From: an uncultured Oscillospiraceae bacterium
GTDB taxonomy: Bacteria > Bacillota > Clostridia > Oscillospirales > Oscillospiraceae
DNA length: 64,000 bases
Assembly (NCBI GenBank): GCA_964495355.1
Contig: CAZBVU010000003.1
Span: 8,775 to 72,774, forward strand
Reading direction: 5' to 3'
Position numbers and translations under genes: made by a program. Below are positions 20,415-30,144 of this stretch, in pieces (the first letter of the stretch is position 1; each line of letters starts with the position of its first letter). The notes beneath the pieces were generated by a model. The model saw only the letters and a list, made by a program, of their open reading frames with translations. It was not told where the DNA came from and did no database searches.

Positions 20415-21770
20415 TTGAGTAAGACTGCTACTGTCTTAAATAAAATTGAGCATAACAAGGTGCTGCTGTACTCCGTCACGGCAGTGCTTTGCGTGTGCTT
20501 TGGAATTTTTGTGATACTGACGGCGGACAAGGTTAACGTATACTATCCTCTGCCCACGGCCATTATTTTCGGGGCGCTGCTGTTTTTGTCCATTGCGCTG
20601 GTTATCGCGCAAAACAGGTTTGACACACCCGCGCTCCTTATCGCGGCGGCGTGTCTTGCGTGTGTGGTGTTCTGCCGCGTGTGCCTTTTGTACTATGAAT
20701 CGCGCGACTATACGGCGTTTCTCGCCGACTGGGTGAAGAAGTTCTCTGCCATGTCGATAAAAGAGGCGCTTACAGAGCCTATCGCGAACTACAATATGCC
20801 CTACCTCTATTTTCTGCTCATCTTCTCCCGTCTTGAGCTGTCGCCCATTATCACGATTAAGGCGCTGTCCTGCTTTTTTGACGTTATCCTCGCCTACTAT
20901 GTGATGAAAACCGTCTCCCTCGTCATAGAGGACAGGCGGCTTCAGTTGGCAAGCTATATTGTCGCGCTCGGCATACCCAGCGTGCTTATGAACTCGGCAC
21001 AGTGGGCGCAGTGTGACTCCATCTATGTCGCGTTTTGCGTGATATCTCTGTACGCGGCGATAAAGGGTGATGGGCGGCTGTGCGCAATCAGTTGGACGCT
21101 GTCGTTCTGCTTCAAGCTTCAGGCGATATTCGCACTGCCTGCGCTGTGCGTGGCGCTGTTCATGGGGCGCGTCAAGCCCAAGCACCTTTTGTGGATTCCT
21201 GTCGTGTTCTTCGCAACGCTTATCCCCGCAATGGTCGCGGGGCGCAGTCTTGGCAACTGCCTGAGCATATACGCAAACCAGACCCAGCAGTACCCCTCGC
21301 TTTACTCCAACGCGCCGACGATATGGCAGTTTTTCACCGGTGTTGACTTTGAGGGCTACAGCAATGTTACGGTGTTCCTCGCAGGTACGGCGGTGATACT
21401 GTTCATGTTCTTCACCCTGACCGGCGTTAAAAGCTTCAAGCCGGAGGATCTTATTCGGCTGTTCTTCATCTCCTCGCTGCTTGTGCCGTTTGTCCTGCCG
21501 AGAATGCATGAGCGCTACTTCTACATGGCGGATGTTATGAGCTTTATATACTTCATGACCAACCGCAAGAAGTGGTATATACCGGTGACGGTTATCATCT
21601 CCTCCGTTGTGGGGTATATCTGGTACTTCACCAGTGAGCCGAACCCGGGCATACTGATATTTGACCAGCGTTACCTCGCGCTGGCGCTGCTCGCCATCCT
21701 CGCGACAGAGCTGTATGAGCTTTTCCAGTCGTTCTGGCATAACTCCCCGGATCACATCGTCATCGAGTGA
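20415..21770 (+). CDS. polytopic membrane protein, GT-C-fold glycosyltransferase-like (DUF2029/PMT_2-like)
   Basis: 451 aa with more than 10 predicted TM helices. TTG start 8 nt after GAAGGTGA. Family assignment is tentative. Confidence 0.4.
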   Translation: MSKTATVLNKIEHNKVLLYSVTAVLCVCFGIFVILTADKVNVYYPLPTAIIFGALLFLSIALVIAQNRFDTPALLIAAACLACVVFCRVCLLYYESRDYTAFLADWVKKFSAMSIKEALTEPIANYNMPYLYFLLIFSRLELSPIITIKALSCFFDVILAYYVMKTVSLVIEDRRLQLASYIVALGIPSVLMNSAQWAQCDSIYVAFCVISLYAAIKGDGRLCAISWTLSFCFKLQAIFALPALCVALFMGRVKPKHLLWIPVVFFATLIPAMVAGRSLGNCLSIYANQTQQYPSLYSNAPTIWQFFTGVDFEGYSNVTVFLAGTAVILFMFFTLTGVKSFKPEDLIRLFFISSLLVPFVLPRMHERYFYMADVMSFIYFMTNRKKWYIPVTVIISSVVGYIWYFTSEPNPGILIFDQRYLALALLAILATELYELFQSFWHNSPDHIVIE

Positions 21771-21788
21771 TATAGGTAATATAGAAAA

Positions 21789-21821
21789 CCCCCAGTGCAA
21801 AGGTTAACCTTGCACCGGGGG
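21789..21821. repeat. palindromic hairpin, copy 1 (also the terminator of the GT-C-like gene)
   Basis: CCCCCAGTGCAAAGGTTAACCTTGCACCGGGGG followed by TTTTATTTTT. The same core recurs at 30978-31015. Confidence 0.85.
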
Positions 21822-21864
21822 TTTTATTTTTGAATTCAGCGCAGATATAGATATATAAAATCGA

Positions 21865-21906
21865 GGTATGGACACAATAGTAATGTCCATAAGTAATGTC
21901 CATACC
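21865..21906 (-). terminator. hairpin downstream of the ene-reductase gene
   Basis: Perfect 10-bp inverted repeat GGTATGGACA (21865-21874) / TGTCCATACC (21897-21906), with a T-rich run after it on the minus strand. Confidence 0.5.
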
Positions 21907-21940
21907 CCGAAATGAAAGGAATATTGTGAAAAGATATAGA

Positions 21941-23968
21941 TTAAAGATTCTTGCAGCGCAGATATGCAGCTCCTGTTGCATCACCTATACGACCAGGGTT
22001 AACACAGTCACCCAGAGCAATCACGTTGTCAAAATGCTCTTTGAGTGTGCTTACAAGCTTGCTTTCAGGTGCAATGCCGAGGGCGAGAACTGCTGCATCA
22101 ACAGCGATCTCATATGCGCTGGTGTGCTCATCTTCAACAACAGCGTCTGCAACCCCTGCGATATTTCTGATGCCGACAAGCGCAGTACCGATGAGATTGG
22201 TCTTGCAGGGTTCAACCACAACAGAACCATCTTTGATTTCCTTGAGCGCTGTGTTGGTCTTTATCTCAGCTCCCTTGCCCTCGAGAACACGTCTGGTTTT
22301 GCGGACATTATAGAAGTAAATTCCGTTTCCGATGACGGGTGACATTTCAATAACAGTGACCTTGTTTCCATCCTCTGCAAGGCGCTCAGCAGTTTCTAAA
22401 CCTGTCATGCCACCGCCGATAACAGCTACATGCTTACCGCTGAACTTTGTCACACCGTTGAGCACGTCAAAGCAGGGAACCCCCTTCTCAATTCCTGGGA
22501 TTGACGCAGGTGCGATAGGCCTACCGCCGCCAGCGTATATTACCGCATACGGATTAAGAAGCTTGAGCTGCTCCATACGTCCGGGAGTAATCTCATAGTT
22601 CAGACGCAACTCGATATTCGCACGCTTAGAAACCTGTACCTTATAGTAGGCAATAAGATTGTCCATGCGGAACTTGTTAGGCGCCTTGTTTGCAAGGTTA
22701 AGGCTACCGCAAAGTTCTTTTCTCTTATCGCATAGAACAACCTTGTAGCCTCTGTCAGCAAGCGTTAGCGCGGACTGAATTCCCGCAGGGCCTGCGCCAA
22801 TGATAACAACAGTGCCTTCACCCTTCTTGAGAGGGAGGAGATTGTCTATCTCGCGGCCAAGAGTGGGGTTGACAGCGCAGCGAATCTGTGATTCATCGGC
22901 AGTAACATGATGCACGCAAAAGTTGCAGTTTATGCACGGACGGATATCTTCAACGTGACCGGACTTAGCCTTGTTGCACCACTCGGGATCAGCGCTATGC
23001 TGGCGTCCCATAATGATGAAGTCCTGATATCCCTGTTCCAGTATCTTCTCTGCCTCATCAGGGTGCTTGACCTCGTTCGGTCCGTAGATGGGGATTTTCA
23101 GCGCTTCCTTGAATCGCTTGAAGTACTCATCGCGCCAACCTGCCTTCATGTCGGGAGCGCCGGTTCTATCCTCAGTTCCGATGGAGAAGTGAATAGCGTC
23201 CACGCCATTCTTTTCAAAGTACTGTGCGATCTCGATATAATCGTCAATTGTCAGATCCCCCTCAAAGCCCTCATCATCAAGGATGTGCAGGCGTATGGTT
23301 ACGGGGAAGTTCTTCGGCGTTTTCTGACGAATCTTCTGAATAGTCTCAACGACTATGCGGCAGCGGTTTTCCATTGAACCACCGTATTCATCAGTTCTCT
23401 CGTTACGCACAGGGCTTATAAACTGATGCATCAAAAACCAGTGTGCACAATGGATCTCAACGCCATCCACGCCCGCGATATATGCATGCTCTGCCGCAGA
23501 AGCAAAGCAATCCTCAAGCTCGTGAATCTGCTCTACGGTCAGCTCACGGCAGGTATCAAAGCCGCGCTTTGCAAGCTGAGACGGGAGGGCTGTTGCGGAG
23601 AAGGGAATATGTCCATCATTAAAAACAGGACGTGATTTACGCCCGGGGTGATTGAGCTGGACAAAGCACTTTCCTCCGTACTCATGCACTCTGTCGGCTA
23701 ATACGCTGAAAGCACGTCTGTCGTGCAGATTGCGCAGGAAGCATTGACCCGGCTTTGCCACGCCGCCAAGCTCAGGGCCACACACGCCTACATAGCCAAC
23801 TATGACCAGACCCGTGCCGCCTTTGGCCTTGGCCGCATAATACTCTATAGCGCGGTCAGATATTTCACCTGTCGCACCGCTCAGATCATCGTCCATAGGA
23901 GAAAGTATAACTCTGTTGCTCAGGGTCAAACCGCCTATTTTTCCTTCTTCAAAGATTTTCTCGTACAT
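21941..23968 (-). CDS. 2-enoate reductase / 2,4-dienoyl-CoA reductase-family flavoenzyme (OYE-like FMN barrel + 4Fe-4S + FAD/NAD(P) domain)
   Basis: 675 aa. N-terminal OYE-type barrel (LSNRVILSPM..., FVQLNHPGR, HCAHWFLMHQFISP). Cys cluster RPCINCNFCVHH...RCAVNP. Rossmann motifs VVIIGAGPAGIQSAL and VAVIGGGMTGLE. Confidence 0.8.
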   Translation of the reverse strand: MYEKIFEEGKIGGLTLSNRVILSPMDDDLSGATGEISDRAIEYYAAKAKGGTGLVIVGYVGVCGPELGGVAKPGQCFLRNLHDRRAFSVLADRVHEYGGKCFVQLNHPGRKSRPVFNDGHIPFSATALPSQLAKRGFDTCRELTVEQIHELEDCFASAAEHAYIAGVDGVEIHCAHWFLMHQFISPVRNERTDEYGGSMENRCRIVVETIQKIRQKTPKNFPVTIRLHILDDEGFEGDLTIDDYIEIAQYFEKNGVDAIHFSIGTEDRTGAPDMKAGWRDEYFKRFKEALKIPIYGPNEVKHPDEAEKILEQGYQDFIIMGRQHSADPEWCNKAKSGHVEDIRPCINCNFCVHHVTADESQIRCAVNPTLGREIDNLLPLKKGEGTVVIIGAGPAGIQSALTLADRGYKVVLCDKRKELCGSLNLANKAPNKFRMDNLIAYYKVQVSKRANIELRLNYEITPGRMEQLKLLNPYAVIYAGGGRPIAPASIPGIEKGVPCFDVLNGVTKFSGKHVAVIGGGMTGLETAERLAEDGNKVTVIEMSPVIGNGIYFYNVRKTRRVLEGKGAEIKTNTALKEIKDGSVVVEPCKTNLIGTALVGIRNIAGVADAVVEDEHTSAYEIAVDAAVLALGIAPESKLVSTLKEHFDNVIALGDCVNPGRIGDATGAAYLRCKNL

Positions 23969-24001
23969 AGCTTGTTCCTTTCAGTGGTATTGTATCGGGT
24001 T

Positions 24002-24916
24002 TTATTTTTTTCCGCCTGTCTGATCATAAGATGATTTTGCGGGTCTAGTCTTAAAGTACCATCCGAATACCTCGGGCACCTGCTGCATAAGCTCATCAAG
24101 TGTCCACTTCTCATAGTTGCCCTTGTGCATGCTACCGAGAACCTTTCTGTCTCTGGGATAAATGCCGATGTCAGTGCCGCCAATATAGAAGAGTTCACCT
24201 GTGCACTCGCACTCTTCGCTGCAAAGATATGCCGTCATAGGTGCAGGCATATCCGCAGTGGAGGGCCAAGGGCTGGGTACACCGCCGTAAGCCGGCTTGT
24301 GTGCGTTCGGAAAGAGGCGTGACTGCGCTGCTGGGAGAACACAGTTAACTCTGAAATCGCCGCAGTCAAGAAGCTCAAGCGCAAGTTCAGAGCAGAAACC
24401 GATGACGCCGGCCTTGCCTGCACTGTAGCAGCAGGAATTCGTCGGGGAATCGGGGTTGCCGAATGCGCCGCGAGATGCGTAGGCCACGATTCTGCCGTAC
24501 TTCTGCTGCTTCATGTACTTAACAGCAAAGTGGCATATGTTATAGCACTGCTTGAGGTTAATGTTAACGCATTTATCGAAGTCGGATTCAGGCATTTCAT
24601 CTATTTTGCCGCGGATAGTTGTGCCGGCAATAAGACAGACAATGTCTATCTTACCGTAAGCATTGATTGCGGTGTTTACAACATGCTCGCCACCGGAAAG
24701 CACCGAAATATCGGAGCAATCGGGGGTTGCTTCGCCGCCCGCAGCTATAATGTCGTTTGCAACGCGAACCGCGTCAGGAATACCGTTCTCGCTCCAAACG
24801 CCGATGTCGTTCACGACAACCCTTGCCCCCTCCGCAGCCAGAAGTCTGGCAACTCCTTCACCCATACCGTTGCCGCCGCCGGTTACGAGGGCAACTTTAC
24901 CATCAAATTTTCCCAT
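24002..24916 (-). CDS. short-chain dehydrogenase/reductase (SDR) family oxidoreductase
   Basis: GKVALVTGGGNGMGEG cofactor motif and YSAGKAG catalytic YxxxK. 304 aa. Sits 33 nt upstream of the ene-reductase on the same strand. Confidence 0.85.
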   Translation of the reverse strand: MGKFDGKVALVTGGGNGMGEGVARLLAAEGARVVVNDIGVWSENGIPDAVRVANDIIAAGGEATPDCSDISVLSGGEHVVNTAINAYGKIDIVCLIAGTTIRGKIDEMPESDFDKCVNINLKQCYNICHFAVKYMKQQKYGRIVAYASRGAFGNPDSPTNSCCYSAGKAGVIGFCSELALELLDCGDFRVNCVLPAAQSRLFPNAHKPAYGGVPSPWPSTADMPAPMTAYLCSEECECTGELFYIGGTDIGIYPRDRKVLGSMHKGNYEKWTLDELMQQVPEVFGWYFKTRPAKSSYDQTGGKK

Positions 24917-25148
24917 GAGTAATACTCCTTTGTTTTGCTGTTGATTTAGTCTTTTTTCTTGAATCTACTCACATTTTGCCAAAATCATATTATCATAAGC
25001 AAAGGTCTTATTGAATTACAAATATGTGATATTACTATCAATAATTTTACTAATCTGCACGTTCGAGGAGGATAGTTCACTAATTGACAATCTTCTCTTG
25101 ATGCTGTATCATAATATAAATAACATGTAATTCTAATGAGGTGATTGA

Positions 25149-26030
25149 GTGGAGACCGATAAGCTACGTTTGCTGATTGAAACCGTCAATATGAAAAGCA
25201 TAAACCGTGCTGCGGAAAAGCTTGGGCATACGCAGTCAGGCCTTACTTATAATCTCAACACGCTTGAGGATGAGCTCGGGATAAAAATTCTCGAACGCGC
25301 CCATAGCGGGATAACCCTATCTGAAGAAGGGCAGAAGCTCATGCCGCTTATAAAAGGCATTGTTGAGCAGGAGGATATGCTGAAGGGCACAATCCGCTCA
25401 CTCAATCAGGCAAAGAAAGAAAGTGAGCATATCCGCATCGGCTCATATTCAAGTATCGCTGACAACATTTTGCCGGATATACTCAAGAAATTCCGCACCA
25501 AGTACCCCAACACGTATTTTGAAATCCGCGTTGGCGGGCCACGAATACTCCAGTGGCTGGATAATGACGAGATTGACCTTGCTCTTATTGACGGTACTAT
25601 TGCCGCAGGATACAAATGGGTGTTTTTGTGCGAAGATGAAATAAAGTGCGCATACCCATCCAGTGTAGAGTTCACAAAAGACAAACCTGCTTTGTCACAG
25701 TTGATTGACAAATACCCCATCATATTTCCCTCGCTCAACATGAAAAGCGACGTTATGGAACGGCTCAGAGCTGCCGGTTACGAAGAAAGTGACATGAAAC
25801 TTTCTGTTTCCTCTGAGCATGGTTTGAGTTTGCTTTCTATGGTGAGCAGTGAACTCGGGATAACCTTCGTTTCACAGTTGTACGGGCGCGACTGTCCTGC
25901 AAATGTAGGCTTATGCTCATTAGAGCCTAAGCTTAACCGCTCACTAGGCTATATAATCAATGCAAAGTGTCAAAACTCAAAGTCAATAAAGCGTCTTTGC
26001 AAAATGATCGAAAAAGAGATGAGTGTGTAA
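25149..26030 (+). CDS. LysR family transcriptional regulator
   Basis: HTH LRLLIETVNMKSINRAAEKLGHTQSGLTYNLNTLEDELGIKILER. 293 aa. GTG start. Divergent from the SDR/ene-reductase operon. Confidence 0.85.
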   Translation: METDKLRLLIETVNMKSINRAAEKLGHTQSGLTYNLNTLEDELGIKILERAHSGITLSEEGQKLMPLIKGIVEQEDMLKGTIRSLNQAKKESEHIRIGSYSSIADNILPDILKKFRTKYPNTYFEIRVGGPRILQWLDNDEIDLALIDGTIAAGYKWVFLCEDEIKCAYPSSVEFTKDKPALSQLIDKYPIIFPSLNMKSDVMERLRAAGYEESDMKLSVSSEHGLSLLSMVSSELGITFVSQLYGRDCPANVGLCSLEPKLNRSLGYIINAKCQNSKSIKRLCKMIEKEMSV

Positions 26031-26060
26031 GATATTCTGATACATCTACAAATTTATAAT

Positions 26061-26103
26061 AGCAAAAAGTCATAGAGGCGATTTGCTTCTATGACTTTTT
26101 GCT
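26061..26103. terminator. bidirectional terminator between the LysR (+) and MFS (-) genes
   Basis: Perfect 16-bp stem AGCAAAAAGTCATAGA / TCTATGACTTTTTGCT with an 11-nt loop. Confidence 0.8.
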
Positions 26104-26135
26104 ATTATTATGCTATATTTATTCCATTGTGAGCA

Positions 26136-27368
26136 TTAAAGTTTGTCAACAGGCTTAACCTTGGGCATTGCGAGAAGCAGTGCAAGACCAATAACTGCAG
26201 CCGCAATTGCAACATAGAACGCACCATTGAAGGAGCCGGTGGCCGCTCTTATAGAGGCAGTTATAACGCCGGAGAGCAGACACGTGATCGTAGACACGAC
26301 AGCAGACAGACCAACAAAAATTGAACCGCTCTTTGCACCGAAATTGTTCACGCACAGTGTGCCATAAACCGGAGTACGTCCGCCGTAACCGAATGCAAGC
26401 AGGAAGAACATGATGAGTACTGCCGCACTGCTTTGTGCGAAAAGAAGAACAATGCATCCAACTATTGACGCGCCGCAGGCAATTGCAAATGTGGGCTTAT
26501 CGCCAAGCTTATCAGCAAGTACGCCGCAGATAAGACGACCGGAGAACTGGCCTATACCAAGTGAAGCAACAACCGTAACAGCAAACTCCGGTGTAAGCGC
26601 CTTAACATCTGTGACGAAAACAGTGACATAAGAGCTGATGAAGTTATACGGGATGCAGAGAAGGAGCTGTGCAATGCAGAACATCCAGAAAGACGATGTT
26701 TTCAGGCCCTCAGCTCTGGAAACAGCCTTGGTCTCTGCGCTGATTTCCTTGGGCACATAGCCTTCAGGCTTCCAACCAGCAGGAGGATCACGCATGATGA
26801 AAATAACAATCAGCATGAGGACGACGAAGTAAACACCGCCCAGAAGCATAACTGTGCATTTAACGCCAATTGCAGCGAGGAGAGAGGAAACCGGCTTGGA
26901 CATTATCGTGGTGGATAGCCCGAAAGTGCCGAGGAATATGCCCATGATTATACCGCGCTTATCGGGGAACCAGCTAGCTATAACGAACATCATGGAGTTA
27001 TAAAGTATACCAGAGCCTACGCCTGCGATTATACCCCAGGTGATGTACATAAGCACAGGAGAAGTGACGAACGATGAAATAAACATAAATCCGCCATACA
27101 TAATCGTACCGATGAGGCCGCACTTCTTTGCGCCGAGAACCGGCAAAAGCTGACCACCGGTAAACGAACCAACGCATAGAGCCGCAACCATCACATTACC
27201 CATAACTGCCACGGAGTCTACAGACCAGCCGTAGTATTCGCACATAGGCTTAACGAAAAGACTCCATGTGTAGAGCAAACCTATGAACAGCGCTATTATA
27301 ATTCCACTTACCAAAACCAGATAACGATATCCGGAAGAGGGCTGGAATTCAATTTTATTTTCAGACAT
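26136..27368 (-). CDS. MFS transporter (oxalate/formate antiporter-like subfamily)
   Basis: 410 aa with 12 TM helices. FPDKRGIIMGIF loop motif typical of OFA-type MFS proteins. Confidence 0.75.
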   Translation of the reverse strand: MSENKIEFQPSSGYRYLVLVSGIIIALFIGLLYTWSLFVKPMCEYYGWSVDSVAVMGNVMVAALCVGSFTGGQLLPVLGAKKCGLIGTIMYGGFMFISSFVTSPVLMYITWGIIAGVGSGILYNSMMFVIASWFPDKRGIIMGIFLGTFGLSTTIMSKPVSSLLAAIGVKCTVMLLGGVYFVVLMLIVIFIMRDPPAGWKPEGYVPKEISAETKAVSRAEGLKTSSFWMFCIAQLLLCIPYNFISSYVTVFVTDVKALTPEFAVTVVASLGIGQFSGRLICGVLADKLGDKPTFAIACGASIVGCIVLLFAQSSAAVLIMFFLLAFGYGGRTPVYGTLCVNNFGAKSGSIFVGLSAVVSTITCLLSGVITASIRAATGSFNGAFYVAIAAAVIGLALLLAMPKVKPVDKL

Positions 27369-27411
27369 TATATAGTCCTCCAGTTATATTTTTGTCGTTT
27401 AATTATGTCGT

Positions 27412-28215
27412 TTAATTATAAAAATCAGGTGCTTTTTTCAAAGTGTCAAACTGTGCTTGATCATGGCCGAAGAAGACAGTTGCATTTGTCGCGTTTTGAA
27501 GCTTGCGTATACGCTCAATAGAGGCGTAGTAATTCTGCGGGTCGGCAAGAATACCGGTCGGTCGTGCGGGAGGGCCATAGTTTATACTCGTGTTGCATGC
27601 ATCACCTGCAATGATGACAGTACCGTTGTTCTCCAACTCAACCTGAAGTCCTTGGAAGCCGTCACTGTGGCCGGGCAGAGCAAGACATTTCACGCCATTT
27701 ACAACCTCGTAATCACCATCCAGCAGTACCCAGGTAGCATCAACATCCACATCTGCACGCAGATATACGCCCATTGGGTCTACCGTGTGCGTGAACATGA
27801 GAGCCTGCTGCATTTCCGCACGCTGGACGAGAACCTTTGCATTTTTGAATATGCCGATTTTCCCTGCATGGTCATGGTGCAGGTGGCTCATTATAACATA
27901 GTCGATCTCCTCAGGTTTTACGCCGCACAGAGAAAGCTGATATTCCAGATTCTGACCCTCTGCAAAGGAAATAGGTGTGTTCAACGCAACTCTGGGGCCT
28001 TCACCGCCGCTGAGACAGTCCTCTCTCAATCCGGTGTCAAATACGATCTTGGCCTCAGGAGTCTCAATGTAGTATGCAACAACCGGAAACGGTTTGAATT
28101 GCAGCTTAGGTTCAGGATCCTCTGAGGTAGCCCGCACATAGAGCGCGATAAGCGAATTCATGTCACAGGTGATTGAGCCGAGGCTTAATACATGCAGCTT
28201 AATTGACTTGTCCAT
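27412..28215 (-). CDS. MBL-fold metallo-hydrolase, lactonase-like (paralog 1)
   Basis: HxHxDH motif (MSHLHHDHAG), LPGHSDG, GHD. Start moved to the ATG at 28215 (MDKSIKLHV...), preceded by GAAGGAGAG; the ORF is open to 28284. Confidence 0.8.
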   Translation of the reverse strand: MDKSIKLHVLSLGSITCDMNSLIALYVRATSEDPEPKLQFKPFPVVAYYIETPEAKIVFDTGLREDCLSGGEGPRVALNTPISFAEGQNLEYQLSLCGVKPEEIDYVIMSHLHHDHAGKIGIFKNAKVLVQRAEMQQALMFTHTVDPMGVYLRADVDVDATWVLLDGDYEVVNGVKCLALPGHSDGFQGLQVELENNGTVIIAGDACNTSINYGPPARPTGILADPQNYYASIERIRKLQNATNATVFFGHDQAQFDTLKKAPDFYN

Positions 28216-28471
28216 AATTCTCTCTCCTTCTTCTTTTTGTTTTCTATAAGGCAGCCAAGGCTTGATATATCCCGCTTTTGGCAAAATGTGAGATGTGGCC
28301 GCCTTGATTGTCTAAAATCTATCATTATTCGAGCTTAATGTAAACCAGCAAAAATTTGATATCACTATAAAATATTTTCTATTCCATCGCGAGCCGCAAT
28401 TTGTTAACATTCAGTCAATCGAATGTGCTATAAGTGTACAGCGGTAAATAAAAAGAGAGGAGCGTGTAGCT

Positions 28472-28624
28472 TTGGTAGTCTCATTCTGGTCATGGTTCTG
28501 GCTAGTAGGTGCTAGATTGATTATTGTGATTGCTTCAATAATCTGTACCGTTTTTTGCATTTATGAGGGGAAGTCTGTAGAGCGTCGTTATCCGAATAAC
28601 GATGACTGGTACTGGACCTTTTGA
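28472..28624 (+). CDS. small (50 aa) single-TM protein, putative symporter accessory subunit; not in the ORF track
   Basis: TTG start 9 nt after GAGAGGAG. Hand translation: (M)VVSFWSWFWLVGARLIIVIASIICTVFCIYEGKSVERRYPNNDDWYWTF*. The TGA stop overlaps the ATG of the symporter gene (TGATG at 28622-28626). Confidence 0.5.
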   Translation: MVVSFWSWFWLVGARLIIVIASIICTVFCIYEGKSVERRYPNNDDWYWTF

Positions 28625-30141
28625 TGGAGGTGCACATGATGAATAATGCCAGCATAGCATGGCTGATAATCGGGGCATATCTAATAATCAATATTATTGT
28701 TGGCAACATCGTTAACCAACGAGAGAAAAAGCGCGCCTCAAACGGAAACTATTATCATTCCAACCTCCCCGCAATAGTAGTCGCCCTTGCGAGTACCGGT
28801 ACGGCAATAAGCGGCGTTGCCTTTATAGGGACGCCTGCAACTACCTTCACTGACGGCATAAGCGTTTGGTCATTGAACGCTATTGGCGGTATGATAGGTA
28901 TACTCATGGGTACACTCCTTATCGGAAAGCCTATGAAAGCCATGAATAACCGTCTGCACACGACCACACTTGCCGATTTGCTGATGGTATTATATGATGA
29001 TACGCGTGTACGCTTTATTTGTATTTTGACCATGCTGGTTGCAGGTACAGTGTATACTGCGGTTCAATGGCAGTCGCTCGGGACTATACTAAACTCACTC
29101 CTCGGTTTTGAGTATATCCCCGCTGTGCTGATCGGAGTTGTTGTAGTTTCGCTATACAGCGTGCTGGGCGGAAATAAGAGCACCGCCATTGTGGGCGCAG
29201 TGCAGATAGGCATAGCCATGATTGCATGCATCTACATTTTCAGCAAGGCCCTTCAGGTCAACGGCGGTGGGTTTGGCAAGCTTATAACCGATGTTCAAAC
29301 CGTCAAGCCAGAAATGCTGGAAATGAAAACTTCCAGTTTAAGTTTTCTTATAATGTATGGTATCGGGTACATGGGGCAGCCTGCCATTGCCGTGCGTTAT
29401 TTTCAGCTTGAGGATGCGAAAAAGCTACCTAAGACGACCTTGTATTGTGTTCTTTCCACGCTCATAACCACTCTTGTGCCAGTTGTTGCGCTAACACTGA
29501 CAGTGCAGATTGCAAAGGGAAATGTCCCCGCTCTTGCGAATCCTGAAAACTGCACAATGGCATTTATAACTCACTTCTGCGGGCAGGGTGCAAGTGGACT
29601 AATTATTTCAGCGTGTCTCGCTGCAATCATGTCAACCGGTGCATCTCTAACGATAAGCGTCAGCAGTACATTGGTCAAAGACCTGCTCTCTGATGCTTTG
29701 AAAGTCGATATGTCCGGCAAAAAAGAGGCTATATACAGCCGCGCAGGAACTGTTTTGATAATTGTTGTGAGCACACTTGTGGCCTGCTTCCCCGTGGGTG
29801 GCATATTGCAGGTCGGCTTCTCTGCTTATGGTGCTTTCGGCGCTGTATTTGCCCCTGTGCTGATTATGGGATTACGTTGGCGCAGGCACACAAAACAAGG
29901 TGCATTCTGGGGCATGCTTTCTGCAGCAATGACTGTTGTTGTGTTCACAACTCTCGATAGCACTGGTATTTATCCATGGCCACTTGAAATCCATGTGTCT
30001 GTAATTGCAATGGCAGTTCACTTTGCCATAGGTATAGCCATCAGTCTTTTGACACCCGCACAGGAAAAGCCATTCCTCCCTCCAACAATGAGAGATCTGA
30101 AAGATAGCGCTGTGATATCCTGTTCAAACAAAGAAAGGTAA
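28624..30141 (+). CDS. sodium:solute symporter (SSS) family transporter
   Basis: About 505 aa with about 13 TM helices, typical SSS layout. Alternative starts at 28636/28639 follow GGAGG. Confidence 0.8.
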   Translation: MEVHMMNNASIAWLIIGAYLIINIIVGNIVNQREKKRASNGNYYHSNLPAIVVALASTGTAISGVAFIGTPATTFTDGISVWSLNAIGGMIGILMGTLLIGKPMKAMNNRLHTTTLADLLMVLYDDTRVRFICILTMLVAGTVYTAVQWQSLGTILNSLLGFEYIPAVLIGVVVVSLYSVLGGNKSTAIVGAVQIGIAMIACIYIFSKALQVNGGGFGKLITDVQTVKPEMLEMKTSSLSFLIMYGIGYMGQPAIAVRYFQLEDAKKLPKTTLYCVLSTLITTLVPVVALTLTVQIAKGNVPALANPENCTMAFITHFCGQGASGLIISACLAAIMSTGASLTISVSSTLVKDLLSDALKVDMSGKKEAIYSRAGTVLIIVVSTLVACFPVGGILQVGFSAYGAFGAVFAPVLIMGLRWRRHTKQGAFWGMLSAAMTVVVFTTLDSTGIYPWPLEIHVSVIAMAVHFAIGIAISLLTPAQEKPFLPPTMRDLKDSAVISCSNKER

Positions 30142-30144
30142 AAA

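Noticed and set aside
20436-21800. 454-aa minus-strand ORF overlapping the GT-C-like membrane protein gene.
   Set aside because: The sequence is highly basic and repetitive (R/H/Q-rich) with no RBS or motif. The plus-strand frame encodes a coherent polytopic membrane protein.
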